DNA from: Candidatus Lokiarchaeum ossiferum
GTDB taxonomy: Archaea; Asgardarchaeota; Lokiarchaeia; Sigyniarchaeales; Promethearchaeaceae
NCBI GenBank assembly: GCA_025839675.1
Contig: CP104013.1
Location: 780,001-812,000 of the forward strand
DNA: 32,000 bases
Direction: 5' to 3'
Both the position numbers and the translations under genes were made by a program. Under the pieces are notes generated by a model, which saw only the letters and a list, made by a program, of their open reading frames with translations, had not been told where the DNA came from and made no database searches. This document shows positions 1 to 5,710 of this stretch, piece after piece; within the stretch, counting starts at the first letter, position 1, and every line of letters begins with the position of its first letter.

Positions 1-52
1 TGGGGCTTCTGATAGGAATGTCCAATTATTTGCAGAAAAAACCATCCATGAT

Positions 53-1642
53 GTGATGACCAATAAAGAATTAATCTCTAAAATTTTGTCCGAAGAAGTA
101 TCAATAAATCCGGATCAAAGTGTGTTAATTGATGAATTTAATCATATTAAGGTCAAAGAATTGATCGAACGGACTCAAAATGTCTGGCGAAAAATGTTTA
201 TAGCTTGTGATCAACTCCTGTTCAAAGAAGGTAAATCGACTCTCGATGCTAGTAATGAACCTATAAATCAAATAGAATTTGCTAAACAATTCTCCGACTT
301 ATTTGGAGATAAATTAAAATATGATGCAAATATAATCCAGACATTGCTTGATTTAAGTCAGATTGGAAGAAAAACGATAAGTTCCAATCACATGAAAGCC
401 TATCGGGCTGATGAGTTTGTTCTACTTCATAATGAAATGCTTTCTTTTCTGGGAAATGCAAATCCTGATTCTCCGCTAAAACTGACTCGCGACCGATTAG
501 ATTATATTAGACAAAAGGACACTTTTTCGAGTTCCCTTACCATTTTTGAGGCTCTCATGTTGGATCAAATGAATCGCTATCTTGGTAACATGTTTATATC
601 AGAAGGTGCCTTCTATGACTGGATGAGCACAGGTTGGGTGGAGTTAAAAAGTGATTTTAATTATCGGCAATGGAATGCGCGCAGTGCCCCTCTCTTCCTC
701 AACCATTACCAAGAAATGATCTTCTATGATGCTACCAAGGCAAAAACCGCCACCCTGACTCTAACGATCAATGGGCAACCCGTCCCTGTGAAAGTGGAGT
801 GTGATTCCTATTTCGAAAAGAGGTTAGTCGATACTATTGGGGACCTAATGAAGACCTATCCAGCCGCCAATGAACGCTTTTCACGGGTGTTTGGTAGTGA
901 AATTTTCAAGCATTTGCCCCATAACCTTTTGGCGACGGTGCAAAAACAAGTTATTACGCGCGGAGGTATCAGGATGGCACGATATGATCCTGATATAATT
1001 GCTGCTTACACGGGTGAATCAGTTTTCGGAATATTGCAATCCATTGGAACACTTGCGTTTACTACCTCCTCAGAATTGAAAGAGGGAAAAATCTATCTGG
1101 ATTTAGGGCTCGTGTTTGGGGCCGTGGATGAATTTCGGGGAGTAATGATCGAAGCCTTAGGGTATGACGACTATGATCAATATGGGCAGCATTATGGGGA
1201 GAAAAAGGATAACTCGGCTCTGGCCTTGTTGGACGCCCACTTCGCCCAGATCTATGTGGCGCGGGAACAGGCCCGTGATGGCGATCCTGAATCACTCTAT
1301 ACATGGTATCAGAAAAATGCGAAATATATTGGGAAGAATGCGCCATTGCTCACCGAAAGCCAATATAAGCTGTTGATGGAACTCATAATGAAGAATCCGA
1401 ATGTACCCTTTGAAGAGCTGATGTTAAATCTAGCAGATAATTTTGAAGCTTATGGATTTCAGGATATTGAATCTGCCAAAGCATTTCAAAAAATATTTGG
1501 AATTGAAAAAGGTCCTCTTGGATATAAGAGTAATGAAAAAATGGATCCATGGTGGACTAATTATCAGAATTCCAAGCAAGGGATGATAGATGGGAGAATT
1601 AATTTGATTAATTCCCAATTGCATTACTTTTGGAGGAAATAA
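53..1642 (+). CDS. Hypothetical large protein, possibly 5'-truncated by the window edge. Its C-terminal ~170 aa (CT domain) recurs in the orphan copy at 2730..3281.
   Basis: 529-codon ORF. The frame has no stop between nt 2 and the first in-window starts (GTG53/ATG56), so the gene may begin upstream of the window. No catalytic motif recognised. A GC-enriched block at ~640..1385 sits in an otherwise AT-rich gene. A T8 tract follows the stop directly. Confidence 0.8.
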   Translation: MMTNKELISKILSEEVSINPDQSVLIDEFNHIKVKELIERTQNVWRKMFIACDQLLFKEGKSTLDASNEPINQIEFAKQFSDLFGDKLKYDANIIQTLLDLSQIGRKTISSNHMKAYRADEFVLLHNEMLSFLGNANPDSPLKLTRDRLDYIRQKDTFSSSLTIFEALMLDQMNRYLGNMFISEGAFYDWMSTGWVELKSDFNYRQWNARSAPLFLNHYQEMIFYDATKAKTATLTLTINGQPVPVKVECDSYFEKRLVDTIGDLMKTYPAANERFSRVFGSEIFKHLPHNLLATVQKQVITRGGIRMARYDPDIIAAYTGESVFGILQSIGTLAFTTSSELKEGKIYLDLGLVFGAVDEFRGVMIEALGYDDYDQYGQHYGEKKDNSALALLDAHFAQIYVAREQARDGDPESLYTWYQKNAKYIGKNAPLLTESQYKLLMELIMKNPNVPFEELMLNLADNFEAYGFQDIESAKAFQKIFGIEKGPLGYKSNEKMDPWWTNYQNSKQGMIDGRINLINSQLHYFWRK

Positions 1643-1650
1643 TTTTTTTT
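1643..1650 (+). terminator. Oligo-T tract (T8) directly after the stop of the large gene
   Basis: taa + tttttttt. Archaeal RNA polymerase terminates at oligo-T. It is followed by a TATA-like tatatataa ahead of the LRR gene. Confidence 0.35.
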
Positions 1651-1674
1651 GTATATATAACGGAATGAGAAGAC

Positions 1675-2676
1675 ATGAATCAACACAATTTAAAAGGGAT
1701 TTTACCCCCATATAATGAGGTATCAGAAGAAAAACAAAAATTCCTTGTATCTATTAAGGATATTATCTTAGATGCTTGGGAAATTTCAAAAAATGGACAT
1801 CTGATGGTCTATATTGATGAGGAAAAAATCATCAGGCAATTGACAATCGAAATGAAAGAATCATCCAAACAAGCGGAAATTGCCACTTTAATTGATAAAA
1901 TCCCCCATCATTTCAAACATCTTAATAAATTAATCCTAAATGTTGTTGGGATGGAAAAAATTCCCTTATGGCTTTCTGAACTTCACAATCTTCAACTTCT
2001 ATCAATTGGAAATGAATCCTTAGGAAAAATAGATATCGAGATTTTTTCATCGTTTCCTAACTTAAGAAGTTTATATTTAAAGGGAAGTTTCTTTTTTATA
2101 CCAGAAACTATAAAAAATCTAACCGGTTTGAAGATATTAAGTATATCTAGTGTCCCAAATCTAAAATTTTTTCCAGAAGCAATAGGCAAATTAAGTACGT
2201 TAACCAATTTATATCTTTCAAAAATTCAAGTTAGAAATTTGCCTGATTCTATTGGACAACTCGAAAATCTTTCCCAGTTATCTATTCAAGAAGCTACTCT
2301 CAAAAATCTGCCTGAATCTTTTGGATACTTGCAAAATCTCCAAAAACTCACTCTTCATGAAGTTGCTTTAGAAGAACTCCCCGAATCCATTGGAGATTGC
2401 TATCGGCTGAAGGAACTAGATATTAAGGATTGTAACAATCTCACCACCTTACCCAATTCCTTAGGAGATCTGCACAATTTGGAAAGCATTCATATCTATG
2501 GGTGTTTGAATTTGGAATCTATCCCTGATTGCATTGCAAATCTTCCTCAGCTCAAGTATGTTTATTTAATTGAAAATCACAAGTTGGAAATCCCCGTATG
2601 GACGCAAGCTCTTTTACTAAAGAAATTGGAGACTTTCAATGTAGATGGTTGTAAAACCAAGTGGATGAATCCATAA
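1675..2676 (+). CDS. Leucine-rich repeat (LRR) protein, partner 1 (333 aa): ~100-aa non-repeat N-terminal domain plus ~23-aa LRR units
   Basis: Tandem LxxLxLxxCxxLxxLPxSIGxLxxL units, e.g. LPESIGDCYRLKELDIKDCNNLTTLPNSLGDLHNLESIHIYGCLNLESIPDCIANLPQLK. ATG1675 is preceded by tatatataa (1652..1660). Paralog of 3325..4257. Confidence 0.85.
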   Translation: MNQHNLKGILPPYNEVSEEKQKFLVSIKDIILDAWEISKNGHLMVYIDEEKIIRQLTIEMKESSKQAEIATLIDKIPHHFKHLNKLILNVVGMEKIPLWLSELHNLQLLSIGNESLGKIDIEIFSSFPNLRSLYLKGSFFFIPETIKNLTGLKILSISSVPNLKFFPEAIGKLSTLTNLYLSKIQVRNLPDSIGQLENLSQLSIQEATLKNLPESFGYLQNLQKLTLHEVALEELPESIGDCYRLKELDIKDCNNLTTLPNSLGDLHNLESIHIYGCLNLESIPDCIANLPQLKYVYLIENHKLEIPVWTQALLLKKLETFNVDGCKTKWMNP

Positions 2677-2729
2677 ATTTATGTTTTACCTCTTTTTTAA
2701 CCGTTTGTAAAGAAAGGCTAGGATTAAAG

Positions 2730-3281
2730 ATGATAAGTTGCCACTCCATCTCCGATTTTTATAAAAATTTGGTGGATGAATTTCAGGGAATGATGATCGA
2801 AGCCCTCGGGTATGACGACTATGATCAATATGGGCAGCATTATGGGGAGAAAAAGGATAACTCAGCTCTGGCCTTGTTGGACGCCCACTTCGCCCAGATC
2901 TATGTGGCGCGGGAACAGGCCCGTGATGGCGATCCCGAATCACTTTATACGTGGTATCAGAAGAATGCGAAGTATATTGGGAAGAATGCGCCGTTGCTCA
3001 CCGAGACGCAGTATGGGGTGTTAATGGAACTGTTGATGACCAAACCAGGGAAATCTTTTGAGTTAATGATGAAAGATTTAGCGGTAAATTTTGACTTTTA
3101 TGGGTTCAAAGATAGAAATGATGCAATTAAATTCCAAGAATTATTTGGAATTGAAATAGATAGAAACTACCTATTTACTGGTTATGGTGAAATGACCCAA
3201 TGGTGGACTAATTATCGCAATTCTAAGTTTGAAATAATTAATGATAAAATCAATCTTTTCAAATCTGAATTAGATTTCTAA
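2730..3281 (+). CDS. Orphan 5'-truncated paralog of the CT domain of the 53..1642 protein (about 183 aa from ATG2730)
   Basis: Homology to the large protein starts abruptly at VDEF (nt 2772 = nt 1124) and runs to the stop. The 14 residues MISCHSISDFYKNL before it come from unique junction DNA. The track ORF start at GTG2661 overlaps the last codons of the upstream LRR gene and is less plausible than ATG2730. Whether it is expressed is unknown. Confidence 0.6.
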   Translation: MISCHSISDFYKNLVDEFQGMMIEALGYDDYDQYGQHYGEKKDNSALALLDAHFAQIYVAREQARDGDPESLYTWYQKNAKYIGKNAPLLTETQYGVLMELLMTKPGKSFELMMKDLAVNFDFYGFKDRNDAIKFQELFGIEIDRNYLFTGYGEMTQWWTNYRNSKFEIINDKINLFKSELDF

Positions 3282-3291
3282 AGCAAGACAG

Positions 3292-3301
3292 TTTTTTTTT
3301 T
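3292..3301 (+). terminator. Oligo-T tract (T10) after the orphan CT ORF
   Basis: A run of 10 T lies 11 nt after stop 3281 and is positionally homologous to the T8 at 1643..1650. Confidence 0.35.
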
Positions 3302-3324
3302 CTATAACAAAAAATGGTGACATC

Positions 3325-4257
3325 GTGAAAACAGAAGAATTGAAACAAATTACTTTTCCATTTTCAGAAATATCTGAAAATGAAAGAAATTTCCTAATAA
3401 AACTAGATGAAATTATAGAAAAAGCATGGAAAATCAAAAAAAAATCTGGTATGATGATACGAATAAATAATTCAGGAATATTACGAACTTTAGAAATTGA
3501 TGTAGTTGAAAATGTCGATAATGTGAAATTGATTCATCTTATTTATCAAATTCCAACCTTCTTTCCTGATCTTTTTAATTTGGGATTAAATATTTATGGA
3601 TTAAAAACACTTCCCAAGTCGTTTAATATTTTTCGACAACTGAAACAAATTTATTTGGGAAATGAATATTTAGAAGAAATAAATAAGGATTTTTTTTCTA
3701 ATTTCTCTCAATTAAAGAGTTTTGCAATCCGAGGGTTAATGAAATCAATACCGGTGTCGATAGGAAGATTATCAAATCTTGAAAGATTGCAAATCTCGAA
3801 ATCACCCCATCTACATTCATTACCACCTTCAATTGGGAATTTATCTACTCTTTTTAGTATGACAATTAAGGAAGTCTCTTTAAAAAATCTTCCCGAAACG
3901 TTGGGTCATTTGCACAATCTTCAAAAACTCACCCTTCATGATGTTTCCCTTGAAGTTCTTCCCGAATCCTTGGGTGATTGTTATCGATTGAAGGAGTTGG
4001 ATATTCGGAATTGTAATAATCTTACAACCTTGCCTGATTCGATTGGTGATCTCCATAATTTAGAATCCTTAAAAATATATGGCTGTTTGAATTTAGAATC
4101 CATTCCAGATTGTATTACCGACCTCCCACAACTCAAATATGTCTATTTTGTAGAAAATCCCAAACTGGACATCCCTGTGCGGACTCAAGCCCTTTTGCTG
4201 AAAAAATTGGAGACTTTTAATGTGGATGGCTGCAAAACCAAGTGGATGAATCCATAA
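3325..4257 (+). CDS. Leucine-rich repeat (LRR) protein, partner 2 (310 aa)
   Basis: Same architecture as 1675..2676. The first 176 aa align without gaps but are strongly diverged. Exactly one 23-aa LRR unit is missing. The last ~125 aa are near-identical, including the CKTKWMNP tail. GTG3325 is the start, because ATG3314 is in another frame and hits a stop. Confidence 0.85.
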   Translation: MKTEELKQITFPFSEISENERNFLIKLDEIIEKAWKIKKKSGMMIRINNSGILRTLEIDVVENVDNVKLIHLIYQIPTFFPDLFNLGLNIYGLKTLPKSFNIFRQLKQIYLGNEYLEEINKDFFSNFSQLKSFAIRGLMKSIPVSIGRLSNLERLQISKSPHLHSLPPSIGNLSTLFSMTIKEVSLKNLPETLGHLHNLQKLTLHDVSLEVLPESLGDCYRLKELDIRNCNNLTTLPDSIGDLHNLESLKIYGCLNLESIPDCITDLPQLKYVYFVENPKLDIPVRTQALLLKKLETFNVDGCKTKWMNP

Positions 4258-4262
4258 ATTTA

Positions 4263-4269
4263 TTTTTTT
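4263..4269 (+). terminator. Oligo-T tract (T7) after LRR gene 2
   Basis: taaatttatttttttc immediately after stop 4257. Confidence 0.3.
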
Positions 4270-4282
4270 CACTTGAATTTAA

Positions 4283-4341
4283 CTGGGATGAGAAGATCAA
4301 ATATTAGCAAAAATACATGGTCTCACCCCATCTCATCCCAG
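4283..4341. other. Perfect 11-bp inverted repeat (ctgggatgaga / tctcatcccag) with a 37-nt loop, in the convergent intergenic region
   Basis: Arms at 4283..4293 and 4331..4341 are exact reverse complements. It lies between the end of the LRR array and the 3' side of the GTPase gene. Confidence 0.4.
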
Positions 4342-4674
4342 ATTTAAATATAATCGATGTAAACAATTTTTTTTTGGGTGGTGAGCAAAACCAATAGTTA
4401 TGATGTGTTGACCAATTTAATAATCGTCAGATAGGGAAAAAAAGGAATGCGCTCAAAATTATCAGTGATACACTTCTAGAGAATTATCGAAATATGTTAA
4501 GTAATAAAGAAGGAGAATGATTTCTTTTTCAAAGATAGGTATCTTTTTTATTGATTTTACATCCAATTCAAAAAATGGTAATTTTATCCTCTTTTTCAAT
4601 GAAAATTGAACGAAATTCACGATATTTCCCGAGAAATGATCTAATAATGATGCAAAAAAAATTTTTAGATACAA

Positions 4675-5625
4675 TTATATTTCAGTGGTTTTTTGTTTTA
4701 ACACGCGGATAAAGGTAGAAATAGATTCTAATTGCAATTCTTTTTTGTAAATCAATCCAAAATATAATGGTAATTTCGATGAAACTTCATCTAAATAGAA
4801 TCGGGTACTATAGATATTTAAGCCTTCGAATTGAAGGTTTATCACCGGCATGATGTTATACATCTGTTCAAATTTGGTGAAAAACTTGATGAAAAGATCC
4901 CGAATTTCGATCGCATTAAATTTTGGAGATATATGATAACCCAGCCCAAAACCTTCAGGAGTGAAAACAATTGCAGCATCCAAATCATGAGTTTCTGAAA
5001 AAACCCCCAATTGAGAAGATATTTCGTCAAAAATCTGAGGATTGTCAAGCATGCTTTTTGAGAATGCTGTAATGACCCAAACTGGAACATCTTTAGAAGT
5101 TCGATACGCTTGATAGCCAAAACCTTTGCAATTCAAGATTTTATGAGCCTGTTCTTTGAATTGGGACATATTTTTCTCAATTATGTCTTGATTGGGAAAA
5201 TCGGGATCAATCTTGTTATAAAGTATTGTAATATTAGCATCTGGACTAAATTTTTTTACAGCCTCGACAACATTTTTAAAATAAGTAAGACTTTTCTCAA
5301 TCCAATCTGAATTCTGACAATCCACAACATAAAATAATTGAGCAATTTTTTTGAAATAAAGATCGGGGGACTCGAGGTATTTCAATGTGTATCGATCTTG
5401 ACCTCCAAAATCCCAAAGAGCTAATTTATGATGTAAAAATTCAGTTACTGAACGTTCCACCTTTCGTGTTGGAGTGATATTCAGAACTGCATCAAATTGA
5501 CGGAACAGAGTCTTTAAAAGCGATGTTTTTCCCGCTGCCATTAAACCTACTACGGCGATTTTTTTGGGATCATCGGGAATATCTTGTGCCTTCTTTTGGA
5601 TTTCAGTTTTTTTTTTTTCATTCAT
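4675..5625 (-). CDS. Rag/Gtr1-family small GTPase with a C-terminal roadblock/LC7-like domain
   Basis: G1 GLMAAGKTS, G3 LWDFGGQD, G4 NKID. The stretch LALWDFGGQDRY...LFYVVDCQ...KKFSPDANITILYNKID closely parallels eukaryotic RagA (LWDCGGQD...SPDAKIFCLVHKMD, from memory). About 130 aa after the G domain have an alpha/beta pattern typical of roadblock domains (DAAIVFTPEGFGLGYH). Confidence 0.75.
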   Translation of the reverse strand: MNEKKKTEIQKKAQDIPDDPKKIAVVGLMAAGKTSLLKTLFRQFDAVLNITPTRKVERSVTEFLHHKLALWDFGGQDRYTLKYLESPDLYFKKIAQLFYVVDCQNSDWIEKSLTYFKNVVEAVKKFSPDANITILYNKIDPDFPNQDIIEKNMSQFKEQAHKILNCKGFGYQAYRTSKDVPVWVITAFSKSMLDNPQIFDEISSQLGVFSETHDLDAAIVFTPEGFGLGYHISPKFNAIEIRDLFIKFFTKFEQMYNIMPVINLQFEGLNIYSTRFYLDEVSSKLPLYFGLIYKKELQLESISTFIRVLKQKTTEI

Positions 5626-5678
5626 CCTATGTTCATAAGTCTTAGGGCGGGTGAACCTAATAACTCATTGGCGAGACT

Positions 5679-5703
5679 TTTTTATACACGATGTGTATAA
5701 AAA
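5679..5703. promoter_or_regulatory. Perfect 11-3-11 palindrome tttttatacac-gat-gtgtataaaaa in the divergent GTPase/MerR intergenic region
   Basis: The arms at 5679..5689 and 5693..5703 are exact reverse complements. Each arm carries a TTTATA-like TATA element. The left arm lies ~24-31 nt upstream of ATG5711 of the MerR gene. Confidence 0.5.
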
Positions 5704-5710
5704 TATAATA

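Larger units (their letters stand above)
1124..2686 (+). repeat. Tandem duplication unit 1 (3' third of the large gene, intergenic region and LRR gene 1)
   Basis: Hand alignment to 2772..4267. Homology begins at gtggatgaattt and ends ~10 nt after the LRR stop (ccataaatttat). Confidence 0.85.
2772..4267 (+). repeat. Tandem duplication unit 2 (orphan CT, intergenic region and LRR gene 2)
   Basis: Collinear with 1124..2686. The intergenic parts also correspond (T-run followed by tataac: 1643..1662 vs 3292..3308). Unit 2 is shorter, largely because of a 69-nt (one LRR) indel. Confidence 0.85.

Noticed and set aside
1062-1376. Track ORFs 1062..1346 (-) and 1164..1376 (+) inside the large gene, and their twins 2686..2943 (-) and 2812..3024 (+) inside the orphan copy
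   Set aside because: They lie entirely within the GC-rich conserved core, where stop codons are rare in all frames. Their translations are low-complexity, Arg/Pro/Ser/His-rich sequences typical of out-of-frame reading of GC-rich coding DNA. The main frame is supported by paralog conservation with synonymous-only changes.
2661-2729. N-terminal extension of the orphan CT ORF from GTG2661
   Set aside because: GTG2661 lies inside the last codons of the upstream LRR gene, and the encoded 23 aa have no counterpart in the full-length paralog. The in-frame ATG2730 in unique junction DNA is the more plausible start, if the ORF is expressed at all.
4462-4674. 70-aa ORF on the minus strand immediately downstream of the GTPase gene
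   Set aside because: It requires a TTG start directly abutting the GTPase stop and contains no ATG codon. Its composition is low-complexity (Ile/Leu/Phe/Lys), as expected from random AT-rich DNA, and no motif is present. It is probably non-coding 3' region, although a small coupled protein cannot be excluded.
1675-5625. Reading the LRR proteins plus the nearby GTPase as a split ROCO (LRR-Roc-COR) system
   Set aside because: The GTPase is on the opposite strand, convergent with the LRR genes. Its G domain is Rag/Gtr-like rather than Roc-like. It carries a roadblock-like domain and not a COR domain.
5651-5710. GTG5651 as the start of the MerR regulator
   Set aside because: It would add 20 residues before the canonical MerR N-terminal HTH and would place the perfect 25-bp promoter/operator palindrome inside the coding sequence. 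ATG5711 gives the standard MerR N-terminus.
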